From positions 1 to 38,078 of the forward strand of contig JAWOJC010000067.1 in the NCBI GenBank assembly GCA_046484315.1: 38,078 nt of DNA. Direction: 5' to 3'. The notes under the pieces are model-generated. The model was not told the origin of the DNA and made no database searches. It saw nothing but the letters and a program-made list of their open reading frames with translations. The DNA comes from Smithellaceae bacterium (lineage in GTDB: Bacteria; Desulfobacterota; Syntrophia; Syntrophales; Smithellaceae). The translations under genes and the position numbers were made by a program. Shown piece after piece: positions 26,988-36,307 of this stretch; within the stretch, counting starts at the first letter, position 1, and each line of letters begins with the position of its first letter.

Positions 26988-28697
26988 ATGCGAAAAAAAA
27001 TAAACACGTTCCTTTTTTCCTCGATGCTGATCGTCTTTTGCATGGGCGGCTGCGCGTCTGTCCCCGCTCCCCGGCTTGCCCCTCAAGCGCCGCAAGACGG
27101 CGAATCCTTTTCCGGCAAGGCTGCCTATCACTTTTCAATGGCTATTTTGCTCAAGCAAGACGGTGACCTGACCGGCGCTGTGCTGGAGATGCAAAAGGCC
27201 CTGGGCGCCGATCCGGACTCTCCCTACCTGATAGCCGAGATGATTGCGCTCTACATCGAAAACAGTGAAGCGGACCGTGCCCGAAAGCTCGGTGAGGAAG
27301 CGCTGGAAAAATATCCCGAAGCTACACGCATCCGTTCCATCATGGGCGGGTTGTATTTTCATTTGCGCGAGTATGACAGAGCGATTGCCGAATATAAAAC
27401 AGTGATCAGGCATGATCCCAAAAACCTGGTTGCTTATTTTTACCTGGCGACGATTTACGCCATGCAGAAGAAATACGAAGACTCCGAAAAGGCTTTCCAG
27501 GATTTTTTGGTCCAGGATCCGGACAATCTGATGGGAAATTATTATTATGCCAGAGTTTTATCCGACATGAATCGTACGGCAGACTCGGAAGCCCTGTTCA
27601 AAAAAGTAATCATGGACCGGCCGGATTTTGAAGCGGCCGTAGTCGATCTGGCCGCGCTTTATGAAAGGACGGGGCAACTCGATCAGGCTATCAGTGTTTA
27701 TCGTGATATGCTCGTGTCCAATCCCGCGCGGTCGAACCTGCGCTTGAAAATCGGTGATTTGCTCATCAGGCAGAAAAAACCCGATGCGGCGGAAAAAGAG
27801 TTTTTAGAGGTGCTGCTCTATGAACCCGATCATCGGGAAGCGCGCACGGCTTTGGGCCTTTTGTACTATGATATGGAAAAACTGGATCTGGCGATTGCCG
27901 AATTCACGACGCTTCTGAGCCGGAATGTTTCCGACGACCGGATACGCTATCTGCTGGCCAACACATTGGACAAGTCCGGCGACGATAACGGAGCGGTTGG
28001 GCACTACCTGCGGGTATCTCCGTCCTTTGAACTTTACGCCAACGCCCGGATTCAGGCCGCGATGATTTTGAAAGCGCACAAGAAAAACAAAGAGGCTGTT
28101 GCCTTGCTGCAACAGGCGATCACCATAAAGCAGGATCAGGTGATTCTCTATCTCTATCTTTCTTCGCTTCAGGAAGATCAAAAAGATATGGATGGCGCAT
28201 TACAGACTCTGCTTGCCGCCGGTCGGCTCTTTCCCCGCGATGTCGACGTGCATTATGCTCTGGGCATGGTGTATGAAAAGACGGACCGTCTTGATGAGAG
28301 CATCTCCGCGATGGAAGCCGTTTTGAAAATTGATCCCGAACATGCCGATGCGCTCAACTTTATCGGTTACAGTTGGGCGGATCGCGACATGAACCTCGAT
28401 GAAGCCGAAGATCTGATTGTTCGCGCTCTCAAGCTCAAACCGGACAGCGCTTATATCCTGGATTCGCTCGGTTGGGTTCATTTTAAGAAAAAAAAATATG
28501 ACAGCGCGCTTTTGCATCTTAAAAAAGCGCATGATCTGCTACCGGACGATCCGACGATTCTGGAGCATCTCGGGGATGTGTATCTGAAAATCGGCCGCAA
28601 CCGGGAAGCGCAGGCGGCTTACCAAAAAGCGCTGCAGATGGATCCGGATAGCAGCGGTCTGAAAAAGAAACTCGACCATTTCAACCCCAACCCCTAA
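26988..28697 (+). CDS. TPR-repeat lipoprotein
   Basis: The ATG at 26988 gives MRKKINTFLFSSMLIVFCMGGC, a lipobox. The rest is made of repeated TPR units (e.g. AIAEYKTVIRHDPKNLVAYFYLATIY, AQAAYQKALQMDPDS). Confidence 0.8.
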   Translation: MRKKINTFLFSSMLIVFCMGGCASVPAPRLAPQAPQDGESFSGKAAYHFSMAILLKQDGDLTGAVLEMQKALGADPDSPYLIAEMIALYIENSEADRARKLGEEALEKYPEATRIRSIMGGLYFHLREYDRAIAEYKTVIRHDPKNLVAYFYLATIYAMQKKYEDSEKAFQDFLVQDPDNLMGNYYYARVLSDMNRTADSEALFKKVIMDRPDFEAAVVDLAALYERTGQLDQAISVYRDMLVSNPARSNLRLKIGDLLIRQKKPDAAEKEFLEVLLYEPDHREARTALGLLYYDMEKLDLAIAEFTTLLSRNVSDDRIRYLLANTLDKSGDDNGAVGHYLRVSPSFELYANARIQAAMILKAHKKNKEAVALLQQAITIKQDQVILYLYLSSLQEDQKDMDGALQTLLAAGRLFPRDVDVHYALGMVYEKTDRLDESISAMEAVLKIDPEHADALNFIGYSWADRDMNLDEAEDLIVRALKLKPDSAYILDSLGWVHFKKKKYDSALLHLKKAHDLLPDDPTILEHLGDVYLKIGRNREAQAAYQKALQMDPDSSGLKKKLDHFNPNP

Positions 28698-28735
28698 AAA
28701 CCGGCAGAAAACGGTTTTTGTCAGGATTCATTTCC

Positions 28736-29512
28736 ATGATACGTGATCTGAAGCTTATCGCCAGTCTCTTACTTTTCCTGATGCTCATCTGCGGATGTGT
28801 CAGACAAGTTGTGGTGCCGGATGCCCGTCCGGAGAATGTATTGGCCGGTATCGTCCAGCCGGTTTCCGGGACGGATCGCATGGTCGGCATAGCCCGCATT
28901 GATGTGATGACGGCTGAAGGGCATTATCCGGTTCGGGCCGCTCTCGTTTTTCGCAAGCCCGCCTACCTGCGCCTGGAATTGCTGCCGGTGATCGGCACGC
29001 CGGATTTTTTTCTGGCTGCGACACCTGAGGCCATGAACATCTTCATCCCTTCCCGGGCGGTTTTTTATACGGGAAAGCCCACCGCTGATCATCTGGCGCG
29101 CTTCCTGCCCTGGTCGCTCGACATCGCGGACCTGGTCACGATTCTGTGCGGAAGCTATCCCGCGCTTTCCGGGCAGATTGTATCGTACGCGTATGAGCAA
29201 GGCGCAAAGGAAGGTGTTTTCGGAATCAAAATGCGGGCGTCATCAGGCGCTTCTCAGCTGATATGGGTGGATGCGCAAGGAAAGCTCGCCGGTCTGCTAC
29301 GCTTTGATGAAGCGGGAAAAGAAATTTATCAGGTTCTCTACGAAGACTATTCGTCGCAGATGGCCTTGCCCGGACGGATCACGATCAAAACAGCCGACAA
29401 TCAGGCCTCCGTATCCATCAAATATGCCGATATGAAAATTGAAACCACAGATGATTTTTCAGTCTTTGACTTGATGCCGCCCCCGGGAGTCAAAATAATT
29501 TTTTTAGAATAA
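28736..29512 (+). CDS. LolB-like / DUF4292-like outer-membrane lipoprotein
   Basis: The ATG at 28736 gives MIRDLKLIASLLLFLMLICGC, a lipobox. Size, beta-rich composition and the position after a TPR lipoprotein fit the LolB/DUF4292 family. The family assignment is from memory of the architecture, not from a motif match. Confidence 0.55.
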   Translation: MIRDLKLIASLLLFLMLICGCVRQVVVPDARPENVLAGIVQPVSGTDRMVGIARIDVMTAEGHYPVRAALVFRKPAYLRLELLPVIGTPDFFLAATPEAMNIFIPSRAVFYTGKPTADHLARFLPWSLDIADLVTILCGSYPALSGQIVSYAYEQGAKEGVFGIKMRASSGASQLIWVDAQGKLAGLLRFDEAGKEIYQVLYEDYSSQMALPGRITIKTADNQASVSIKYADMKIETTDDFSVFDLMPPPGVKIIFLE

Positions 29513-29516
29513 CGCG

Positions 29517-29556
29517 TAACGCGCAGGAGGCCTGCAAGCCTTCTGCGCGTTATTTT
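29517..29556 (+). terminator. Strong rho-independent terminator after the LolB-like gene
   Basis: A 15-bp stem (TAACGCGCAGGAGGC / GCCTTCTGCGCGTTA) with a 6-nt loop, followed by TTTT. Confidence 0.8.
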
Positions 29557-29571
29557 AACGGGTGGCCTGTG

Positions 29572-29612
29572 AAAAAATGCCGGCGGCGTGTTCGTGTGCC
29601 GCCGGCATTTTT
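29572..29612. terminator. Bidirectional terminator between convergent genes
   Basis: A6-TGCCGGCGGC, a 10-nt loop, then GCCGCCGGCA-T5. It has a U-tract on both strands and lies just 3' of the minus-strand SDR gene. Confidence 0.75.
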
Positions 29613-29624
29613 AAATCGTTTGCA

Positions 29625-30392
29625 TCACACGTGGAGGCACTGTCCCCCGGCCACGACAAGGCTTTTCGCGCTGATATAGGAGGCGGCGTCCGAACACATG
29701 AATAAAACGGTGCCGGCAATTTCCTCCGGTTTGCCGAAGCGTCCCAGCGGCATCGTGCTTTGCATCGCCTCCCGGAGTCCTTCGCCTTCCGCCATTTGTT
29801 TTTCGAACATCGGCGTTTCAATGATGCCGGGGCACACCGCGTTAATACGGATATTTTTGCGACCGAATTCAATGGCTGCGGCCCGGGTCAGGCCGATGAC
29901 CGCGTGCTTGCTGGCAGCGTAGAGGGACATCCCCTCCTGGCTGAGCCAGCCCGCCACGGAAGAACAGTTCACAATCGACCCGCCACCCGATTGGATCATC
30001 AGCGGGATTTCCTGTTTCATGCAGCGCCAGACGGCCTTGACATTGATGTTCATCACCGTGTCGAACTCCTCGACCGTGTAGTTGCCGGTGCGTTTCATGG
30101 TCGGCCAGATGCCCGCATTGTTGAACGCGCAATCCAGGCGGCCGAATTTTTCCTCAATGGTCTTAAACAGACAGTCGATCTGATCGGCTTCCATCAGATC
30201 GGTTTTAACAAACAGACCTTCTCCGCCCTGGGTTTGAATTAGGTCTACCACCTCTGCGCCGAGATTATCGCGACGGGCGGCGATGATGACTTTAGCGCCT
30301 TCACGGCCGAAAGCAAGGGCCGTGGCCCGGCCGATGCCGGAATTGCCGCCGGTCACCAGTACGACTTTATCTTGAAATCTCTTTGTATTCAA
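29625..30392 (-). CDS. SDR-family oxidoreductase (classical short-chain dehydrogenase)
   Basis: The ORF spans 29625..30443. I prefer the TTG at 30392 because AAGGAG lies 7 nt upstream, and it gives (M)NTKRFQDKVVLVTGGNSGIGRA. It has a TGxxxGIG Rossmann motif, NNAG and YxxxK (YAASKHAV). Confidence 0.9.
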   Translation of the reverse strand: MNTKRFQDKVVLVTGGNSGIGRATALAFGREGAKVIIAARRDNLGAEVVDLIQTQGGEGLFVKTDLMEADQIDCLFKTIEEKFGRLDCAFNNAGIWPTMKRTGNYTVEEFDTVMNINVKAVWRCMKQEIPLMIQSGGGSIVNCSSVAGWLSQEGMSLYAASKHAVIGLTRAAAIEFGRKNIRINAVCPGIIETPMFEKQMAEGEGLREAMQSTMPLGRFGKPEEIAGTVLFMCSDAASYISAKSLVVAGGQCLHV

Positions 30393-30411
30393 TGTGTGTC
30401 TCCTTTGTGTC

Positions 30412-31179
30412 TTAGTATGAGATGTATCCGCCGTCGATGGCAATTTCCCTGCCGATCATAAAAGCCGCTTCGTCGGTGCAAAGCCACAGGGCGGCGCCGG
30501 CGATTTCTTCAGGCTGACCGATACGGCGCAGACAGGTTTTGCCGGCCATGACCTCGAGCATTTTGGGCATGAAGGGCAGTGCCATTTCGAGCATCTCCGT
30601 CATGATCGGACCCGGGCAGATTGTGTTGATCCGGATATTGTCTTTGGCGTATTCGAGAGCGGCGGTTTTGGCCAGACCCAAAGAGCCGTGTTTGGAGGCA
30701 CAGTAATGCGAAAGCCCAAACTCTCCGATGACGCCCAGGATGGAGGCTGTATTGATAATGACGCCGCCGCCCTGCTTCTTCATGATATCGATCTCATGTT
30801 TCATGCACAGCCAGACGCCGCGCAGATTGGTTTCCATGAGGCGGTCCCATTCTTCCTCTGTGGTTTTGATCAGGGTGGGGACATGTCCCAGCGACACACC
30901 GGCGTTGTTGAACGCGAAGTCCAGACGGCCGTATTTGTCCAGAATGACTTTAAAAAGGTTGTCGATATCGGCAGGATTACGGACGTCGGTTTTTACAAAG
31001 ATGGATTCCCCGCCTTCTGCGGCGATCTGTTCGACCACTTCACGGCCGCGTTCCTCGCGGCGCGCCGCCATGACAACTTTCGCACCTTCTCTGGCAAACG
31101 CAATCGCAGTGGCCCGTCCCATTCCGGCTGTGGTTCCTGTCACCAGCGCGATCTTTCCTTCAAACATTTTAATTTCCAA
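30412..31179 (-). CDS. SDR-family oxidoreductase, tandem paralog
   Basis: The ORF spans 30412..31200, with KIALVTGTTAGMGRA, NNAG and YCASKHGS. The start is ambiguous among ATG 31200, TTG 31179 (GGAGG 8 nt upstream) and ATG 31167. Confidence 0.9.
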   Translation of the reverse strand: MEIKMFEGKIALVTGTTAGMGRATAIAFAREGAKVVMAARREERGREVVEQIAAEGGESIFVKTDVRNPADIDNLFKVILDKYGRLDFAFNNAGVSLGHVPTLIKTTEEEWDRLMETNLRGVWLCMKHEIDIMKKQGGGVIINTASILGVIGEFGLSHYCASKHGSLGLAKTAALEYAKDNIRINTICPGPIMTEMLEMALPFMPKMLEVMAGKTCLRRIGQPEEIAGAALWLCTDEAAFMIGREIAIDGGYISY

Positions 31180-31332
31180 AATAGCTTCCTCCCTTACCAT
31201 TATCTTGGCATGTCCTTATGATTTCCAGCCTGGCCATACCAATTTGTGCGAAACTTTAAATGTAAAGGATTACCCTTGTCAAGAAATATAGCATTTTTCA
31301 TGACAGGCGCTGTTTCACAAAAGAAAACAGAC

Positions 31333-31368
31333 AAAAAAAAGGGGGCTGTTTCAGCCCTCCCTTTTTTT
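31333..31368. terminator. Bidirectional rho-independent terminator at the end of the tol-pal operon
   Basis: A8-GGGGGCTG-TTTC-AGCCCTCCC-T7, located 23 nt past the cpoB stop on the minus strand. Confidence 0.75.
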
Positions 31369-31390
31369 GTTTATATGTTCTTCGAATCGG

Positions 31391-32209
31391 TTACTTGATT
31401 TCCTGGAGTTTGGCTCTGGCGATGCGCGCCTGATTGGTGTTGGGAAAATCCCTGATCACCTGCTGCAGAAGCAATCGCGCGCTGGTTTTGTCTCCCAGGT
31501 TGAGGAATGAAAGCCCCTGTTTTAAAAGCGCGTAAGGCACGCGGTTTCCATCGGGGTAATTTTTGGTGACCTTTTCGTATTCCAGAATCGCTTTTTCGTA
31601 ATTCTTTTCAAAGAAAAAGCACTCTCCTATCCAGAACTGCGCGTTGTCCGAATACTCGCTTTTCGGATGGGCGGACAGAAAATTCTGAAATGCCGTTCTG
31701 GCTTTGGTGTACTGACCGTCCTTAAAGAGCTGATAGGCGGAAGAGTACATGGCTGCTTTATCCGGCTTGGCCGGCACGTCACCCGTGGATACGGTGATGT
31801 CGTAACCGTCACTTAAGGAATGCTTCTTTCCGATTTCCAGAAAATTTTCTATGAAATTGATTTTTAGAAGAAGATTGTCGAGTTGTTCATTGTAATCATC
31901 TTCTTTTCTGGTATCGCGTACGACGCTCTTTTGCAGGGTCTCGATCTGTCCGCGCAACTGCTGGATCTGATCCCGAAGTTCGGAAAAATCCGCAGTGGTA
32001 TTGGCCTGCCCCTTACGCATTGAGCTCAAGGCCTGGGTGTTTTTTTCCTGTTCTTTTTTAACCTCACCGATCTGCCCGTCGAGTGTGGCGATCTTTTCCT
32101 CCATCTGCTGATTCAACTCGGAGCGTACGGTCCTTAAGTCCGAAGACGTCACGCAGGCAGAGACGGACAATGAGAAAAGCGCAAGAATAATATAAAGAGA
32201 CTTTTTCAA
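31391..32209 (-). CDS. cpoB: Tol-Pal system protein YbgF/CpoB (signal peptide, coiled coil, C-terminal TPR)
   Basis: 272 aa. It has a signal/lipobox-like N-terminus, a coiled-coil region, and a C-terminal TPR region (YSSAYQLFKDGQYTKARTAFQNFLSAHPKSEYSDNAQFWIGECFF). It is the last gene after pal. Confidence 0.8.
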   Translation of the reverse strand: MKKSLYIILALFSLSVSACVTSSDLRTVRSELNQQMEEKIATLDGQIGEVKKEQEKNTQALSSMRKGQANTTADFSELRDQIQQLRGQIETLQKSVVRDTRKEDDYNEQLDNLLLKINFIENFLEIGKKHSLSDGYDITVSTGDVPAKPDKAAMYSSAYQLFKDGQYTKARTAFQNFLSAHPKSEYSDNAQFWIGECFFFEKNYEKAILEYEKVTKNYPDGNRVPYALLKQGLSFLNLGDKTSARLLLQQVIRDFPNTNQARIARAKLQEIK

Positions 32210-32234
32210 TGCTTATACCTCGGAGGCTTAGCGG

Positions 32235-32822
32235 CTATTCCAACACAAACTGCGCGCGCCGGTTTTGCGCCCAGGCATCTTCCGTGCTGCGGTCGTCCGC
32301 CGGTCGCTCTTCACCGTAGCTGATGGTGACAATGCGAGAAGCATCCATGCCCAGATTGACAAGGTACTGCTTGGTTTCCTGTGCGCGTCTTTCTCCAAGC
32401 GCCATGTTGTATTCAGTTGTGCCGCGTTCATCGCAATGGCCTTCGACGATGACTTTGGCATTCGGGTTTTGACGGAAAATATCGACGTTGGCCTTCAGAA
32501 TTTCGCGCGCGTCGGGACGGATGCTTGAGCGGTCGAAATCAAAATAGATGTTCTGGATGTTCAGCGCGTTGAGCGCGGCAGCATTTCTCTTTGCCGCAGC
32601 ATCTCTGGCGGCCTGCGCTTTGAGCGCCGCTTCACGGTCTGCCTGTTCCTTGGCGCGGCGAGCGGCTTCGTCGTCTGTGGCTGTCTGGGAAGGAGCAACT
32701 TTCTGTTCTTGCACAGCGGTTTCCTCTTTGACGATGGCTTTCTTTTCGGCACACCCGCTGAAAATAGTCAGGCCAAAGGCCAAAATCATCAACAATCCTA
32801 TCAGGGTTAAATGCTTTCTCAT
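32235..32822 (-). CDS. pal: Peptidoglycan-associated lipoprotein Pal (OmpA_C domain)
   Basis: It has a lipobox (LTIFSGC), an Ala/Glu-rich linker, and an OmpA-like domain (IYFDFDRSSIRPDA...VIVEGHCDERGTTEYNMALGERRA). Confidence 0.9.
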   Translation of the reverse strand: MRKHLTLIGLLMILAFGLTIFSGCAEKKAIVKEETAVQEQKVAPSQTATDDEAARRAKEQADREAALKAQAARDAAAKRNAAALNALNIQNIYFDFDRSSIRPDAREILKANVDIFRQNPNAKVIVEGHCDERGTTEYNMALGERRAQETKQYLVNLGMDASRIVTISYGEERPADDRSTEDAWAQNRRAQFVLE

Positions 32823-32886
32823 GTTGGATCTCCTTTCTTGGATCGGCTTAAGGGTTTACAGATAATTGTAGTCACTTGTTAGAGAA

Positions 32887-32915
32887 ACTAAACATATTTA
32901 ATATCTTGCTGTCAA
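32887..32915 (-). promoter_or_regulatory. Putative internal sigma-70 promoter for pal-cpoB in the tolB-pal gap
   Basis: On the minus strand: TTGACA (32915-32910), 17 nt, TTTAGT (32892-32887). It lies about 60 nt upstream of the pal ATG. This is a sequence match only. Confidence 0.3.
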
Positions 32916-32934
32916 CCAAAAACACGCCGGCCCG

Positions 32935-34257
32935 TCATGGTGTCATTCGGGGCGACCACGATGGCATGACGGAAACGCCGTTGCCTTCTTGGAGCACCCG
33001 CGTATGCAGGCCATTGGAATTGATGATGCATAGCCGGGTTTTCGCGCCGGTGCGGGAGCCGTAGACAATTTGCCTGCCGGAAGGTGACCAGGAGGGATAT
33101 TCGTTATTGGCGTCGTCAAACGTCAACTGAGTCAGATTTTCGCCTTCGGTATCCACCGTAAAGATTTGAAACCGGCGATTGATCAATCCTTCGAAGGCAA
33201 TTTTCCCGCCGCGCGGTGACCAGGCGGGAGATGTATTATAGTTGCCCTCGTAAGTGATTCTTCTGACGTTATTGCCGTCGGCGTCCATGACAAATATCTG
33301 AGGTGTTCCCGACCGGTTGGAAACAAAGGCGATCTTCTCACCTGCGGGCGACCAGGCGGGAGACACATCGATGGCGTAATTGTAAGTAAGGCGTTTGAGA
33401 CGCATCGTGTCGAGATCAAGGACGTATATTTCTTCGTTGGAATCCCTGCTCAGTGTCATCAGGAGCTTCCGGCTGTCGGGAGAAAAACCGCCGGATAAGT
33501 TCAGACCCTGGGATGACGAGACGATTCTTTCCTGTCCGGTTTTCAGGTTTCGCAAATAGACGGCGGGACGGCCGCTTTGATAGGAGGTAAAGGCCAGATA
33601 ACGACCGTCGGGCGACCAGCGTGGCGCGGCGATAATACTTTGATGACGTGTCAGTCGGGCGGTATCTTCACCGTCATAGCTGATGGTGTGAATATCCGCT
33701 TCGGATCCGTTTTTGGACACGAAAGCGATGCGGGTATTGAAGTCGCCTGCGTCGCCTGTCAATGTCAGGAGAATATCCGTGGTGGTCGCTCGCGCCAGCG
33801 CGCGCAGGTCGGGCGTTTTCGAGATGTACCGCTTGTAAAGGAGGGTGCTGCCCCGCACAACATCATACAACCGGATTTCGCAGGCCGTCTCCTGAGGACT
33901 GACCGTCGTGATGAGACCGGTCAAAAGATAGTCCGCGCCGATGGCCGTCCAGTCTGAAAAGCGGATACTCTCCGGAAGGGAAACGCCGCTTTCGTCGAGG
34001 AAACTATTTTTGTCCAGAGGATTGAACAAGCCGGTGATCCCCAGGAGCTTTCTGATCTGTTCCGGCAGGGCGACGCTGAGATCCGCGGTTTTTGCCTGCC
34101 TGTCCGCCTTTTGTGTAAAATCGCTTACGGCGATGGGAAACTGACGGAAACCGGGCGAATCGATATCAATGTAAATTTTGGATGCGCGCGCCAGATCTGC
34201 CGTTGCCAACAGGGCCGGCAGAATGATGAAGAGCGTCCAGATTGATAGATGCTTCAT
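32935..34257 (-). CDS. tolB: Tol-Pal system beta-propeller protein TolB
   Basis: 440 aa with a signal peptide, a TolB N-domain, and repeated propeller blades (P.WSPDG / PAWSP.G motifs repeated about 5 times). Confidence 0.95.
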   Translation of the reverse strand: MKHLSIWTLFIILPALLATADLARASKIYIDIDSPGFRQFPIAVSDFTQKADRQAKTADLSVALPEQIRKLLGITGLFNPLDKNSFLDESGVSLPESIRFSDWTAIGADYLLTGLITTVSPQETACEIRLYDVVRGSTLLYKRYISKTPDLRALARATTTDILLTLTGDAGDFNTRIAFVSKNGSEADIHTISYDGEDTARLTRHQSIIAAPRWSPDGRYLAFTSYQSGRPAVYLRNLKTGQERIVSSSQGLNLSGGFSPDSRKLLMTLSRDSNEEIYVLDLDTMRLKRLTYNYAIDVSPAWSPAGEKIAFVSNRSGTPQIFVMDADGNNVRRITYEGNYNTSPAWSPRGGKIAFEGLINRRFQIFTVDTEGENLTQLTFDDANNEYPSWSPSGRQIVYGSRTGAKTRLCIINSNGLHTRVLQEGNGVSVMPSWSPRMTP

Positions 34258-34276
34258 AAAGCAGGGCCTTTCTTGT

Positions 34277-35017
34277 TTACTTCAGCTCCGACGAAGGAAA
34301 TCGGATGCCGATTTCGATGCTGTTGCGTTTGTACGCTTCCGGCAGCGGCGGGAAGGGGGCGGATTTTTTAACAGCCCTGAGCGCAGATTCGTCATAGTAG
34401 CTGTTGCCGGAGCGTTTCTCAAAGCCGATATATTCCGGGTTTCCGTCGCGCGCGATGCGGATTTCAATGATGGTCAGCGTGTTTGTCGCGGGGCGCAGCG
34501 CATCCGGCAGCGACCAGTTGCTTTTAATCCTGGCTTGGACAAATGCGCTGTATTCGGCCAGGTGGGACGCGTCTGCCGCGCCGGGACCGGTCTGGCCGCC
34601 ATACGCAGACGCCGGTTGCGAATCCTGTTTTTCAGGCGCGGGATGCGCAGCCGTGATCTGTTTTTGACGGATGGCGCTGATGGCCTTTGCAATGTCCGGC
34701 GCAGGTCCGTCTTGCGCTTTTTTGATGGTTGTCTGCCGCGACGTGTCGATCTCGCGCTTCACGATAACCCCACCGGCGGCAGGCGACGGCCGCATAATAT
34801 CCTGAAGCCCCGGGAGTTGGCGCGACGTCATGACCGCCTCAGCGCTGACCAGCGATACGGAATATGTGCCGCTAAACGTCAACGGACGCGATGGTGTGGA
34901 TATGGAGATCATCGCCAGGGCAATCACGATCAGGTGGAGAAGCAGGGAAAGAAAAAACATGTTTCGGGTGGTGACGGGATTGCCGCGAAAGCTCCTTTGG
35001 GGCTTCGGGTGGATCAT
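34277..35017 (-). CDS. tolA: TolA-position protein with a TonB-type C-terminal domain
   Basis: 246 aa with an N-terminal TM helix (MFFLSLLLHLIVIALAMISI), a Pro/Ala-rich linker, and a TonB_C-like end (YSAFVQARIKSNWSLP...IRIARDGNPEYIGFEKRSGNSYYDESALRAVKKSAPFPPLP). Its ATG overlaps the tolR stop (ATGA). Confidence 0.7.
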   Translation of the reverse strand: MIHPKPQRSFRGNPVTTRNMFFLSLLLHLIVIALAMISISTPSRPLTFSGTYSVSLVSAEAVMTSRQLPGLQDIMRPSPAAGGVIVKREIDTSRQTTIKKAQDGPAPDIAKAISAIRQKQITAAHPAPEKQDSQPASAYGGQTGPGAADASHLAEYSAFVQARIKSNWSLPDALRPATNTLTIIEIRIARDGNPEYIGFEKRSGNSYYDESALRAVKKSAPFPPLPEAYKRNSIEIGIRFPSSELK

Positions 35018-35439
35018 TTCCTGCCCTCGGGTGGCGGTTCGGTAATCATACCGAGTTTATCGACGCCGGCCCTGCGGATTTCCGCCATGACTTCCACCAC
35101 AAAGCCGTAAGGAACATTTTTATCGGCGCGCAGGAAAACCTCACGGTCGATGCGGTTGGCGAAAATTGCGATGAGTTTCGGTTGAATTTCGCCCAGAGGC
35201 ATGCGGGTTTTGTTGAGATAAATTTCCTTATTTTCATTAATGCTCAGGATCAGTTTTTCTTCCGTGACGTCCATACTTTTGGATTTCACGCGCGGCAGAT
35301 TGACATCGATGCCCATCGACAGCATCGGCGCCGTAATGACGAAAATGACCAGTAGCACCAGCATCACATCCACGAAAGGGGTGACGTTGATTTCGGACAT
35401 CGTCTTATTCGGGTGATGCCTCCTTCTTAGTATCCGCAT
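35014..35439 (-). CDS. tolR: TolR / ExbD-family biopolymer transport protein
   Basis: 141 aa: SEINVTPFVDVMLVLLVIFVITAP...LRADKNVPYGFVVEVMAEIRRAGV. Confidence 0.85.
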   Translation of the reverse strand: MRILRRRHHPNKTMSEINVTPFVDVMLVLLVIFVITAPMLSMGIDVNLPRVKSKSMDVTEEKLILSINENKEIYLNKTRMPLGEIQPKLIAIFANRIDREVFLRADKNVPYGFVVEVMAEIRRAGVDKLGMITEPPPEGRK

Positions 35440-35463
35440 GGTCGATGGTCCTTTAAGTTCTGA

Positions 35464-36183
35464 TTATTTGCGCACCAGGTAGCGTTCGACAATGTTGAGA
35501 AATTCGTCGGCGAAGTTGTCCATGTCCTGAACCATGGCTTTGGACCGGTTGAGAAAGTAGTTGTAGAAAATAACCGCGGGAATCGCGGCGGCAAGACCGG
35601 CCGCCGTGGCAATGAGTGCCTCGGAAATGCCGGGGGCCACGACTGCCAGCGTAGCGGATCCGCGCGCGCCGATGGCTTTGAAGGTTTCCATAATGCCCCA
35701 GACCGTGCCGAAAAGTCCGATGAAGGGAGAGGCGGACCCGGTCGTGGCCAGAAAGCCCAGTGCGCTTTCCAATTTCGTCATTTCGGTATTGGAGGCCCGG
35801 TTGAGCGCGCGCTGGACATTATCGATCGACGACAGCGGGATGTCGTCGCTCTGAGACGATTCCTTAAAAGGTTTGTTCATTTTGGTCAGCTCCGAGTATC
35901 CGACACGGAAAACTTCGGCGGTGGTCGAGAAGGTGTATTTTTTGGCCGCGGGCAGAACTTCGGAAAGCTTGCTGCTGCGCTGGTAGTCGGCATCGAAGGC
36001 ATCATTCTCTTTCTGGATCTTCCGGTAGTAACGAAACTTCAAAAAGATGATCGTCCAGGAGACAATTGAAAAAATCAGTAGAATCAGCAAAATAAATTGA
36101 ACGACCCATCCGGCATCCCAGACCATCCCGAGCAGGGAACCGTGAAAACCGCCGCCTATATCTAATGATCCAATATCTTTCAC
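35464..36183 (-). CDS. tolQ: TolQ / MotA/ExbB-family proton channel
   Basis: 239 aa with a GTG start and GGAG upstream. LATTGSASPFIGLFGTVWGIMETF...VAPGISEALIATAAGLAAAIPAV. Confidence 0.9.
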   Translation of the reverse strand: MKDIGSLDIGGGFHGSLLGMVWDAGWVVQFILLILLIFSIVSWTIIFLKFRYYRKIQKENDAFDADYQRSSKLSEVLPAAKKYTFSTTAEVFRVGYSELTKMNKPFKESSQSDDIPLSSIDNVQRALNRASNTEMTKLESALGFLATTGSASPFIGLFGTVWGIMETFKAIGARGSATLAVVAPGISEALIATAAGLAAAIPAVIFYNYFLNRSKAMVQDMDNFADEFLNIVERYLVRK

Positions 36184-36307
36184 TATTTTATCTCCAAAAG
36201 TGGTTTTGAAATTTGCGTTACGGTAAAGTAAAAACCAAGCCTTGTCAATCCTTTTTGCTTTGCGTCTGTGTTGGATGATTGGCGAGCATCAAGGTTGCAT
36301 CGCCTGC

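Noticed and set aside
26988-28697. Identifying the TPR lipoprotein as PrsT, the TPR partner of PEP-CTERM systems.
   Set aside because: It is about 10 kb away from the exosortase operon, on the other strand, and separated from it by housekeeping genes. It is also considerably shorter than I recall PrsT being, and it pairs with a LolB-like lipoprotein instead.
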